64,000 nucleotides of DNA from an uncultured Clostridia bacterium (GTDB taxonomy: Bacteria > Bacillota > Clostridia > TANB77 > CAG-508). Shown here in pieces: positions 7,901-16,572 of the stretch (position 1 is its first letter; each line of letters starts with the position of its first letter). Position numbers and translations under genes: made by a program. Location of the stretch: the NCBI GenBank assembly GCA_947594065.1, contig CANQDX010000002.1, positions 1,318 through 65,317 of the forward strand. Reading direction: 5' to 3'. The notes under the pieces were generated by a model. The model searched no databases and was not told where the DNA came from. It was given only the letters and a program-made list of their open reading frames with translations.

Positions 7901-9142
7901 ATGAAAGAATCTTTCTTAGATATTTTAGGTAATTATTTTTCTAAATTGCCACAAGAAGATATTTTAGCAGGAGATTCAAAAAATATTGAAATACCGTTTG
8001 AATGGCTTTTTACTGAAAAGTTAGATAGAGTAATTATTCAAAAGGCGTTAGTAAATATATTTATTCAAAATACGCCAAATTATAAAGAAATGGCAAGTTT
8101 TAGGAATAATGATCCAGATTCCATAGATGAGATTATTATTAAACCAGATAGATTTAATAATTCATCTAAACTCTTAATAAAAGGAGCGGATGAATGGTCA
8201 AAACTAATAGTAACAGATTATCCAAATCCAGAAAGTAAATTACCACAAATCACAAGTGAAGAATTAAATGTTGCTATAATGAGTGTATTAAATGCAGAAA
8301 GACTTGATAAAGTGTTAAGCTTAGATTTGGGCTTAACTCCAGAAACAAGTAAGTATGTCCAAAGTGCATTTGCAGATATTTTAAATTCAGAGAAAGTAGT
8401 AGAAGATACAAGCACTGCAATGCGTGACTTAGCTACAAACTTAACTAAATATTATGATTATTTAGTACAAATGAAAAAAGAACCAGATGTATATGATGGT
8501 GGATTAGCTATGCAAAGACAAAATGAAAAAGGAAAAAGAAAAAATAGGGTAATAGGCATAGGTTCAGAGCTTAGAAAATCACCAATATATCCATTTACAG
8601 AAAGAGATGAAATATTCAGAAGCTTAAAACCTGAATATAGAGTTATAAATGGAACAATAGATGAAGAGGGAAATATAGAGAAAAATGCATATACAACATA
8701 TGTTTATATTAATCCTAGAGAATATGAAGGTCATCTTTTTGTAAGTGAACCACTAGAAGGGTCTCATGAAACGAGAATGACATTTGTTCCTAAAGAAGCA
8801 TTTGAAAATTATGAAATAGAAGAAGGAGAAAACAGACTTATAAAAATTGCCAAAGATTACATAGAAATGTCTAGAGAAGAATTTTTAAATGCAAAGCACA
8901 CAAAATTATTTATGCATAATGGAATAGATAGTTTTAGAAATAGAGTAGAACATACAATATCAGGAACAGAGAATGAAATTACTAAAAAGAATCCAGGACT
9001 ATATAAACAATATGATGCACAAATTTTTGAAGGAAAAGTTGTAACACAAAAAAACATAAAAGATGCAGTACAAAATGTTACAGTAATAATTCCTATACCG
9101 GTAGGAATTACAAGAGATGAAATAGGAGGACAACAAAAATGA
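7901..9142 (+). CDS. hypothetical protein (413 aa), no family recognised
   Basis: Long ORF with an RBS (ggagg). It is soluble-looking, with no Walker or other motif I can name. Its stop overlaps the next start (ATGA at 9139). Confidence 0.6.
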   Translation: MKESFLDILGNYFSKLPQEDILAGDSKNIEIPFEWLFTEKLDRVIIQKALVNIFIQNTPNYKEMASFRNNDPDSIDEIIIKPDRFNNSSKLLIKGADEWSKLIVTDYPNPESKLPQITSEELNVAIMSVLNAERLDKVLSLDLGLTPETSKYVQSAFADILNSEKVVEDTSTAMRDLATNLTKYYDYLVQMKKEPDVYDGGLAMQRQNEKGKRKNRVIGIGSELRKSPIYPFTERDEIFRSLKPEYRVINGTIDEEGNIEKNAYTTYVYINPREYEGHLFVSEPLEGSHETRMTFVPKEAFENYEIEEGENRLIKIAKDYIEMSREEFLNAKHTKLFMHNGIDSFRNRVEHTISGTENEITKKNPGLYKQYDAQIFEGKVVTQKNIKDAVQNVTVIIPIPVGITRDEIGGQQK

Positions 9143-9561
9143 CAATTACAAAAGAAATGCAATATTCAATTTCAGAAGTACTTGACATTTTAAAGCATAC
9201 AGATGAAGAAGAAATGGAAAGAATACCATTAGATCTTATAAAGGGACTAAATTCAAACAAAGATGAAAGCTATGTATCAACCATAGACTATACAAAACCA
9301 TTAAAGGAATCAAAAATATCTTCGAAAGCCTTATCAATGCTTGCATATATCTATAGAGAATATTTATCTGACGATGAAGAAAAAGAAGAATTTGATAAAA
9401 GATTATATGATAATCAGATGAAGGATTCAGAAAAATACGATGTAGAAAAGGTATTTGAAGAAAGAAAAGCAAACAGAAATGAGTTTTTACCAGTAGTGAT
9501 AGTTCATGAAAGTATATTTAGAAAAATAATAAATAAAATAAAAGAATGGTTTAAATTCTAG
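9139..9561 (+). CDS. hypothetical acidic protein (140 aa), translationally coupled to 7901..9142
   Basis: ATGA start/stop overlap. D/E/K-rich. Followed by a terminator. Confidence 0.55.
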   Translation: MTITKEMQYSISEVLDILKHTDEEEMERIPLDLIKGLNSNKDESYVSTIDYTKPLKESKISSKALSMLAYIYREYLSDDEEKEEFDKRLYDNQMKDSEKYDVEKVFEERKANRNEFLPVVIVHESIFRKIINKIKEWFKF

Positions 9562-9574
9562 TTTAGAGAATTAA

Positions 9575-9613
9575 AAATAGAGCAGAGAAGGGGTATAAGT
9601 CTCTGCTCTATTT
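9575..9613 (+). terminator. intrinsic terminator of the 7901-9561 operon
   Basis: aaatagagcagag / ctctgctctattt stem with a 13-nt loop and a T-run. Confidence 0.7.
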
Positions 9614-9825
9614 TTTCTACCTTTACTATTTTCTTTAGTTAAAAAAATTCCACAGAATCCTTAAGAATCTATGGAACTTGATTTCACTTTGGAGGCATAC
9701 TCCGGTTTTGTATTTTTGAAGTTATAGTAATATCAACACTTTCAAGATGCAGAAAGCAATTTTTAATGTAATTTTAATGTAACTGTGATTGCGTTTATAT
9801 ATTTTAAAAATATAATTACTTGAAA

Positions 9826-9858
9826 AATATTGACTATATATCAATATTTTGATAAAAT
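9826..9858 (+). promoter_or_regulatory. TA-module promoter with palindromic operator
   Basis: TTGACT (9830-9835), 17-nt spacer, TAAAAT (9853-9858). The perfect inverted repeat AATATTGA-n7-TCAATATT (9826-9848) overlaps the -35. Confidence 0.55.
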
Positions 9859-9888
9859 ATGTATATAATATTTATGGAGGTGTTTAGT

Positions 9889-10143
9889 ATGCCAATTATT
9901 AGACCAAGTTCTGATTTGAGAAATAATTATAATGAAATTTCTACAATTTGCCATCAAACAAATAGTCCAGTATATATTACTAAAAATGGTGCAGGAGATT
10001 TAGCAGTAATGAGTATTGAGTTATACGAACTTTTAACAGATAAGTATGCTTTATATAAAGAATTAGAAAAAGGAATTAAGTCATTAGAAAATGGCAAAAA
10101 ATATTCATCAAAAGAAGTTTTTGACGAGTTAGATAAAATTTAA
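9889..10143 (+). CDS. type II antitoxin, Phd/YefM (RelB-like) family
   Basis: MPIIRPSSDLRNNYNEISTICHQTNSPVYITKNGAGDLAVMSIELYELL matches the family's typical N-terminus. RBS ggagg lies 8 nt upstream of ATG 9889. The ORF-track start at 9859 is probably too long. Confidence 0.75.
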   Translation: MPIIRPSSDLRNNYNEISTICHQTNSPVYITKNGAGDLAVMSIELYELLTDKYALYKELEKGIKSLENGKKYSSKEVFDELDKI

Positions 10144-10157
10144 AAAAGAAAGAGGAT

Positions 10158-10472
10158 TTGCCTTTGAAAAAATATAATATAGAATATTCAGTGGAATCAA
10201 AACAAGATTTAATAGACATAAAACGATACATTAAATATAATTTACAAGAACCTAATACTGCTCAAAAACTAATTACAAAAATAAAAAAAGAAATAGATAG
10301 TCTAAAAGATAATCCAGAAATGTATTCTATTATAGATGATGATATAATCAAAAGATTTAAAATTAGGAAACTAGTAGTTGATAATTATATTGTTTTTTAT
10401 AGAATAAATGATGAAAATATACAAATTGTAAGAGTTATGTATGGAAGAAGAAATTGGATAACATTATTATAA
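10158..10472 (+). CDS. type II toxin, ParE/RelE superfamily
   Basis: About 100 aa, directly downstream of the antitoxin. The C-terminus ...YIVFYRINDENIQIVRVMYGRRN is typical of ParE/RelE-fold toxins. Non-ATG (TTG) start. Confidence 0.7.
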   Translation: MPLKKYNIEYSVESKQDLIDIKRYIKYNLQEPNTAQKLITKIKKEIDSLKDNPEMYSIIDDDIIKRFKIRKLVVDNYIVFYRINDENIQIVRVMYGRRNWITLL

Positions 10473-10562
10473 ATTATAATGTATAAGTCAAATGAGTAAA
10501 CCTAAAAATTGAATGTTTTTTCAATCTTTAATGTAAAATGCACGCAGCTCTAAGAGAATAAA

Positions 10563-10608
10563 AAAATGACAAAATCTTAACTTAATGTTAGAAATTTGTC
10601 ATTTTTTT
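10563..10608. terminator. bidirectional hairpin between the TA module and tRNA-Cys
   Basis: An A-run, stem atgacaaa / tttgtcat, and a T-run. It lies downstream of both convergent units. Confidence 0.5.
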
Positions 10609-10614
10609 CGTTAA

Positions 10615-10689
10615 TGGAGGCGAGTATCGGAATCGAACCGATGAATCAGAGTTTTGCAGACTCGTGCCTTACCGCTTGGCTAACTCGCC
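10615..10689 (-). tRNA. tRNA-Cys (GCA)
   Basis: The reverse complement folds as a cloverleaf: acceptor GGCGAGT/ACTCGCC, T-arm ATCGG-TTCGATT-CCGAT, anticodon loop CTGCAAA. CCA is encoded. Confidence 0.9.
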
Positions 10690-10860
10690 ATATATATTTT
10701 ATTATACTTACGAATCATTTTTCTTATGTTTCATTGTTACTTGCGAAAAATTAATAGTTAATAGTGAATAGTAACTTTCATCCTTTTGTTTTTCCTAAAT
10801 TATTCTCTATTCATTATTAACCATTATCTATTCACTGTAACTTTGTTCAATTGATACATA

Positions 10861-10934
10861 TGGAGCAGGTAACGGGAATCGGACCCGTAACTTAACCTTG
10901 GCAAGGTTATGTTTTACCACTAAACTATACCTGC
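10861..10934 (-). tRNA. tRNA-Gly (GCC)
   Basis: Acceptor GCAGGTA/TACCTGC, D-stem GTTT/AAAC, anticodon stem TAACC/GGTTA with a normal 7-nt loop TTGCCAA, T-stem ACGGG/CCCGT. CCA is encoded. Confidence 0.9.
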
Positions 10935-11055
10935 GAGTACCTTATTTGCACACATAATCTTACTTATTGTCTGCATTTTTTGTAACATAAATATGATAAC
11001 AAAATTTTTCTTATTCGTCAAGGTGTATTGCGAAATTTTTGTTATAATTACATAA

Positions 11056-12309
11056 CTATAATACTTCTTCTAAATAATTTCCGTAATTTTGCAAAATTTC
11101 TAATATGTATGTTCCTATATCTTTTTTTTCAATTTTTTCATCTGTAAGTATTCCTTTTTTTAATATTATATGATTGTTATAAAAAACTGTTAATTCTCCA
11201 ATAGAAGTACCTTGTTCTACTGGTGCAATTAAGTTTAAATTGGCATTAATTTGTATGGCTATTTTATCTTGTGTATTTTTTTCGATTATATAATTTTTTA
11301 AGTTATATTCTTCAAGCTTTATTTTTACCTTATCTTGCTTTCCCTTTTCTATTGTAATTTTATTTTCATTTATATTCTTCCAATTATTAAATTCTGATTT
11401 TATTTTTTCGTCTATATTTATTTTTTCATAATTATTAAATGTGTATTCTATTAATTTAACACTATCTGCTGTTCTTATTTTTTTAGTATTTGCTCCTAAA
11501 ACAACACAAATAACATCAATATCTCCACGTTTTGTTGCAGTTACTAAACACCTACCTGCACCATTAGTAAATCCTGTTTTTACACCATAAACACCATTTA
11601 GATTTCCTAATAATTCATTTGTATTGCTTATTGTTCTTACGTTGCCATTAATAGTTATATTACACGTTTTTGTTTTTACAATATTAGCAAAAACTTTATT
11701 GTTTAATGCATAATCTGCAAGAATTGCTAATTCATAAGGAGTTGTGTAGTGCTCGGCAGAGTCTAGACCGTGTGGAGTTTCAAAATGTGTATTTACAAGA
11801 CCTAACTCCTGTGCTTTTTCATTCATAAGATTTGCAAATTCTGCTACACTTCCGCCAACATACTCTGCTAATGCCACTGCAGCATCATTTCCAGAGCACA
11901 GCATTAAACCATACAATAAATCTCTTACCGTTATTTTATCTCCAGCACTTATTTTTAGTCTAGACCCTCCTGTCCCTGCTGCTTTTTTTGATACTTCTAC
12001 TGTATTATTTAAATTTGTGTTTTCTATTACAATTAAAGATGTCATTATTTTAGTTGTAGAAGCCATTTTCGTCTTTTTATTTTCATTTTTTCCATATAAA
12101 ATTTGTTTATTTTCTCTATCTAATACTAAGGCATAAGTTGAATCTATCTGTGGCATTTGACTGGCTTGAGTTGCAGTTTCAATTGTTTTGTCAATATCTT
12201 TTATTTCAACACTATCTATTTCATCATCTGCTAAAATGCAAGAAAATGAACCAAAAGAAATCATAAAAATTAAACAAAATAACATTATTTTTTTAAACAA
12301 AAAAATCAC
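11056..12309 (-). CDS. D-alanyl-D-alanine carboxypeptidase (S11 family, DacB/DacF-like), intact
   Basis: Signal peptide. Carries SxxK (ASTTK), SGN (CSGNDAA) and KTG (VKTGFTNGA) motifs plus a C-terminal PBP5-type domain. Confidence 0.85.
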   Translation of the reverse strand: MIFLFKKIMLFCLIFMISFGSFSCILADDEIDSVEIKDIDKTIETATQASQMPQIDSTYALVLDRENKQILYGKNENKKTKMASTTKIMTSLIVIENTNLNNTVEVSKKAAGTGGSRLKISAGDKITVRDLLYGLMLCSGNDAAVALAEYVGGSVAEFANLMNEKAQELGLVNTHFETPHGLDSAEHYTTPYELAILADYALNNKVFANIVKTKTCNITINGNVRTISNTNELLGNLNGVYGVKTGFTNGAGRCLVTATKRGDIDVICVVLGANTKKIRTADSVKLIEYTFNNYEKINIDEKIKSEFNNWKNINENKITIEKGKQDKVKIKLEEYNLKNYIIEKNTQDKIAIQINANLNLIAPVEQGTSIGELTVFYNNHIILKKGILTDEKIEKKDIGTYILEILQNYGNYLEEVL

Positions 12310-12346
12310 CTGTGTAAATTATATTCTAACATAGGTGATTTTATGA

Positions 12347-13351
12347 TTATACTATATATTTTATTTCATTATTTGGGAAGTATTTTTGCATTAAATCTTC
12401 CATATATTTTTTTGCTTCTTCCTTAATTGCTGGCTTATATGCATATTTTCCCTTTCCACGCCCGGTCATCATTTCTTTGTTATATAGATCAATTGCATTA
12501 GGGAATGCCTCGTGATTAATAGCATTGTGAACATAGCTATAGGTCATAAAAATTAATTCAAAAAATATCTGCTTTTTTGCCTTTTCTGTTAACATCATAT
12601 CTAACTTTTTTAATAAATCTTCATATAGTTTTTTCCAATTTTCCACCAAAATTATTGGTGCAATTAATACACCTACAATATAGCCTGCTTCTACCAATTT
12701 ATTAATTGCCTCTATTCTTCCCTTTAGTCTAGAAGTTCCAAACTCTATTTCATTTATAATTTCTTCTGGATTAACACTCATTCTTACAATTATTTTTTTA
12801 TTATGATTCAAGTTTAAAATTGGATCTACCATATCAAATTTGGTTGGAAATGTTAACATTCCTTTTTCTTGATCTTTAAAATTTTCTATTGTCCACTCTA
12901 AATTTCCTGTTATAGTGTTCTCTAGAATTAAATCACTATTACTTCCAATTTCGAATACTAAATTTTTTTCTGCCTTATCTGCTGTTTTTTTTATTTTATC
13001 TAACATATATTCTCTATTTACAAATAGTCTTAAATATGCGCATTTATTATAATTACACACCAAATAGCAGTACATACACATAGCAATACACCCTGAAGAT
13101 GTATATGGTACTAAATAATCTGAAACCTTATGATTTTCCACATATTTATGTGTTTTTCTTGTGGCTATAATTAGGTTTCTTTTCATATATGGAAATTCTT
13201 TATTTTCTTTTTTCCTCATTTGCTCTATATTATTATGATTTTCAATCATTACCATTGGAATGTTTTGATTTTTGTAATTATCTAACAATCTTCTTCCAAG
13301 CTCGTATTCATAGGCTTTTTCTTCATAAAAAATAGCATCTGGTATAAACAT
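12347..13351 (-). CDS. splB: spore photoproduct lyase (radical SAM)
   Basis: 334 aa with the CX3CX2C cluster (CIAMCMYC) at the expected position. The overall SplB-like sequence starts MFIPDAIFYEEKAYEYELG. Confidence 0.75.
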   Translation of the reverse strand: MFIPDAIFYEEKAYEYELGRRLLDNYKNQNIPMVMIENHNNIEQMRKKENKEFPYMKRNLIIATRKTHKYVENHKVSDYLVPYTSSGCIAMCMYCYLVCNYNKCAYLRLFVNREYMLDKIKKTADKAEKNLVFEIGSNSDLILENTITGNLEWTIENFKDQEKGMLTFPTKFDMVDPILNLNHNKKIIVRMSVNPEEIINEIEFGTSRLKGRIEAINKLVEAGYIVGVLIAPIILVENWKKLYEDLLKKLDMMLTEKAKKQIFFELIFMTYSYVHNAINHEAFPNAIDLYNKEMMTGRGKGKYAYKPAIKEEAKKYMEDLMQKYFPNNEIKYIV

Positions 13352-13398
13352 ATTTTTCTCCTTTATAATATGTTTTCCAAATGCTAAAATTTTATGAA

Positions 13399-14739
13399 TT
13401 AAAAACTAAATGACATTGTAAAATTTGTTCCGTCTTCTTGATTTAAAATAATAACCATATCTTTTGTTTCACTCTTATTATCTTCATTAGTTAGCTTACA
13501 ATTGAATACATAATATTCGTAAGTATCTCTATCAACTTCAGTTATTTCTATTGAATTTGTTGCATACATATTGCTTTCTATAAATTGTTTTAAGTTTTCT
13601 TGTGTTTTAAAATTATTATTTTTAAATGTTGGATCTAATGCATCATATATTTGTTTATAACTTTTAGTATTTACCATTTTTATAAAATTACTTAAGTTAT
13701 ATTTTCCCTTATTATATTTATCAAATTCATCATATTGTTTCTTATTATCTCCAACTAAAACCGTATATTCATCTAAAAATACTGTGTACTGCATAACAGC
13801 TGTTGCTTTGAAAACATAATGATTTCCATAATTGTCAATATAGTCATAATATGTTATATCTCCATCTTTAGTAATAAGATAACTTTTTAATATACTGCTC
13901 CTTATTGTATTCATATTATTTTCTATATATGTTTTATAATCTGATAATCCGTTCCATTTTTTAGATTTATATTCTGAATCTATTAAATTATAAGAATTAT
14001 CTATATTATATGCAATATTTATTTTAAAATTGGACATATATTTTCTTATTAAATCCTCATCTGTAATTCTGTAATATGAGTAAAAATTATAGTCATTTCT
14101 AGCAATATCTTTATCATCATTTTTTAAATTAATTTGATTTATGTTTGTATAATTTGATAATGGATAAATACTAAATGCAAAATTATTGGTACACAAATTT
14201 ACAATAAAATAAATATCTTCCCCTAATCCTGAAGTTTGCTTTTCAAGTACTTTTCCATATACGGCATAAGCTTCTGTATTAAGACCTTCTAAAATATTCA
14301 TTTTAAGTGGAGTAAATTCGTAAGCTTTGTTTCCAGTATTGCTCAATATATTATTCTTGGTTATATGATTAGTATTAATATAAGATTCGTCTAACAAAGA
14401 ATAAACTGCTGTACTGTCTTTTTGTGTTATACTATCTATATACTGTTGAATACAATTAGATACAGTGAAAAATTTGGTTATATTGGTTACTGCTTTAACA
14501 TTAGGATCTGCTTCAGCTGTATCTAAAGGTTGATTTGGCGCTTCTTCCGAATCATCAATAGAATTTGTCACATTATTTTCATAGTTATTTAATTGGCTAT
14601 TTCCTGTGGTATTATTACCTATTGCGTTTTCAGCTAAATTAGGCTCTTTTATTGAATTACTACTCAAATAGAATAATAATCCAATTAATACTGCTATAAT
14701 GATAACAACAATAATAATCATTATTTTTAATCCTTTCAA
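13399..14739 (-). CDS. N-terminally anchored extracytoplasmic protein, paralog of 3386..4741 (candidate VirB8/TcpC-like), last gene of T4SS-like locus B
   Basis: 446 aa with a TM helix (IMIIIVVIIIAVLIGLLFYL). Its C-terminal module is shared with the 451-aa and 169-aa ORFs. Confidence 0.5.
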   Translation of the reverse strand: MKGLKIMIIIVVIIIAVLIGLLFYLSSNSIKEPNLAENAIGNNTTGNSQLNNYENNVTNSIDDSEEAPNQPLDTAEADPNVKAVTNITKFFTVSNCIQQYIDSITQKDSTAVYSLLDESYINTNHITKNNILSNTGNKAYEFTPLKMNILEGLNTEAYAVYGKVLEKQTSGLGEDIYFIVNLCTNNFAFSIYPLSNYTNINQINLKNDDKDIARNDYNFYSYYRITDEDLIRKYMSNFKINIAYNIDNSYNLIDSEYKSKKWNGLSDYKTYIENNMNTIRSSILKSYLITKDGDITYYDYIDNYGNHYVFKATAVMQYTVFLDEYTVLVGDNKKQYDEFDKYNKGKYNLSNFIKMVNTKSYKQIYDALDPTFKNNNFKTQENLKQFIESNMYATNSIEITEVDRDTYEYYVFNCKLTNEDNKSETKDMVIILNQEDGTNFTMSFSF

Positions 14740-14754
14740 ATTATTGTCCTCCTT

Positions 14755-16023
14755 TTAATTTGGCTTTGTGACTCTTATTATTTTTCCAGGAGCTTGCGCC
14801 CAAGATCGATTAGCTGTTATAAATGTGGTATATTCTACAGGTCCACCATCTACAGACTTTTTCCATCTTTCACTGCCAGCTCCTCCACCACAGTCATATA
14901 CATAAACTTTTCCATTTTCTATTTTTGCAATAATTGTAATGTGGTGAACATCGCTATTTCCATTCCATCTTACTAACATATCACCTGGTTGTATTTTATC
15001 AATTACATTTTCTTTTTCACCTACTGGTATTTCTCCCCAGCCATATTGTTCGTTCCAATTTATTTGAAAAAAATCTTTTGTTGTTGTTTGATGTCCTTCA
15101 AAACCTTCATATCCATATTCATATAATACCCAAGATGCATACGCACTACAATCTATAATTTGCATTGTATCTTCATCTAATGGTATTCTACTAGATCCTC
15201 CATAAGTTGGTTTTCCTTCTTTTTCATATTTATTACAAACCTTTAGCCAAACACTTTTTGCAGTAGCTAAAAATGAAGAAGTATCTATACTACCCGCACC
15301 AAAAATGTTTTGCATATGTTTTTTTACATTTGTTGCCCAAGATGGATCAGATGCATATACTGAACCAATTCCTTCTAATGTTTTTGGATCATAACTTTTA
15401 TCTAAAATCTCCTGATAATGTTCTCCACCTTCTGAGACATATTGGTTTTTAAGTAGTTCACATAAATACTCAATTCCTTCTTCAATCGAACTATATGTTT
15501 GAGCACTTCCGTAGGCACTATTATCATATGCTGCCATTCCCCAATAATTATTTTTATCATTTGCTATTCTGGATGTACCAAAATTACTTTCGTGTATTCC
15601 AATACAAAATGTTACCCTAGGATCCAAACCGTAGTTTGTAGAAATATCAAAGTAATCACCTGCCATATCTATAAAGCCTTTTTGGTAACCTTCAGATCTT
15701 GTAATTCCTGTTTCTGAACTAACTCCAGATGGTGGAGTATAGTTAGTTACTTTTTGTATAAACTCTTCTCTAGATATACTTCCATCATAAATAGCACTTG
15801 TCCCTTCTGTTGCATTGTTATAATTGTCTTCTGATACTTCAGTTTGTCCCATTTCGTCAAAGTCAACAAATATAGCCACTACTAGACCTATTAGTAACAA
15901 AATAGCAACTCCTAAAGCAATATATGGCAATGCAGGTTTAATTAAATTTAATATGGCTTTCATTGCTTTTTTTGCAGCATCTTTTATTATACTTATTAAT
16001 TTATCACCTGAATTGTCTCCCAT
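14755..16023 (-). CDS. membrane-anchored bifunctional wall hydrolase: GH73 glucosaminidase-like plus C-terminal NlpC-P60/CHAP-like
   Basis: N-terminal TM. GH73-type motifs (FCIGIHESNFGTSR ... NYWGM ... YASDPSWATNVKKHM). Cys/His amidase signature (IDCSAYASWVLYEYG ... VHHITIIAKIENGKVYVYDCGG). Confidence 0.7.
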   Translation of the reverse strand: MGDNSGDKLISIIKDAAKKAMKAILNLIKPALPYIALGVAILLLIGLVVAIFVDFDEMGQTEVSEDNYNNATEGTSAIYDGSISREEFIQKVTNYTPPSGVSSETGITRSEGYQKGFIDMAGDYFDISTNYGLDPRVTFCIGIHESNFGTSRIANDKNNYWGMAAYDNSAYGSAQTYSSIEEGIEYLCELLKNQYVSEGGEHYQEILDKSYDPKTLEGIGSVYASDPSWATNVKKHMQNIFGAGSIDTSSFLATAKSVWLKVCNKYEKEGKPTYGGSSRIPLDEDTMQIIDCSAYASWVLYEYGYEGFEGHQTTTKDFFQINWNEQYGWGEIPVGEKENVIDKIQPGDMLVRWNGNSDVHHITIIAKIENGKVYVYDCGGGAGSERWKKSVDGGPVEYTTFITANRSWAQAPGKIIRVTKPN

Positions 16024-16036
16024 AATTTTTCTCCTA

Positions 16037-16546
16037 TTATTTGCATATTTCTATCTTTCTTTCCAATACCCCAACTAATTTGTATTTTTGTTCTTTAGTT
16101 TCATTGGTTTTACCTGTTGCAATCATATCTTCTACTAATGTTACTGTATAAATATCTTCGCTTTTAACTATTTTGTAATCACAGATATACACATTAAATA
16201 CTCTATTAATATATTTATTTTTAAATTCTTCTATGGTTGAATAATTTTCTTGCTTACAAGTATCTGATAGCATATTGTATGCTTTTTCTATTTCTTTTTG
16301 GTTGCAATAGTCAATGAAATTTTCAATTATTTCTCTTTCTTGTACTTCCAACTGATTCTTTTTTTCATTTTCTATTTGATTTTCATAAGTTAATTCATTT
16401 TGTAACTTGCGTTCTTTAGCATTATCTACTGCCATTTGGTTAAATAATCTTATTACTAACCAAATAACAAGAATAACTCCTATTATTTTAAAAAGAGATT
16501 CACCATAGGTTGAAAAGAATAATCTTATCTTTCTTTTTATTTCCAT
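16037..16546 (-). CDS. small N-terminally anchored protein carrying one copy of the module found in the 446/451-aa proteins
   Basis: 169 aa with a TM (IIGVILVIWLVIRLF). The module is ...EIEKAYNMLSDTCKQENYSTIEEFKNKYINRVF... Confidence 0.45.
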   Translation of the reverse strand: MEIKRKIRLFFSTYGESLFKIIGVILVIWLVIRLFNQMAVDNAKERKLQNELTYENQIENEKKNQLEVQEREIIENFIDYCNQKEIEKAYNMLSDTCKQENYSTIEEFKNKYINRVFNVYICDYKIVKSEDIYTVTLVEDMIATGKTNETKEQKYKLVGVLERKIEICK

Positions 16547-16572
16547 AGTGAACCTCCTTTATTTATGTTTAA

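Noticed and set aside
10691-10860. TATTCA(C/T)T-containing inverted and direct motifs in the 170-bp spacer between tRNA-Cys and tRNA-Gly, considered as an att remnant or regulatory site.
   Set aside because: The repeats are short and imperfect in very AT-rich sequence. The spacer also has to hold the tRNA-Cys promoter. The evidence is insufficient.
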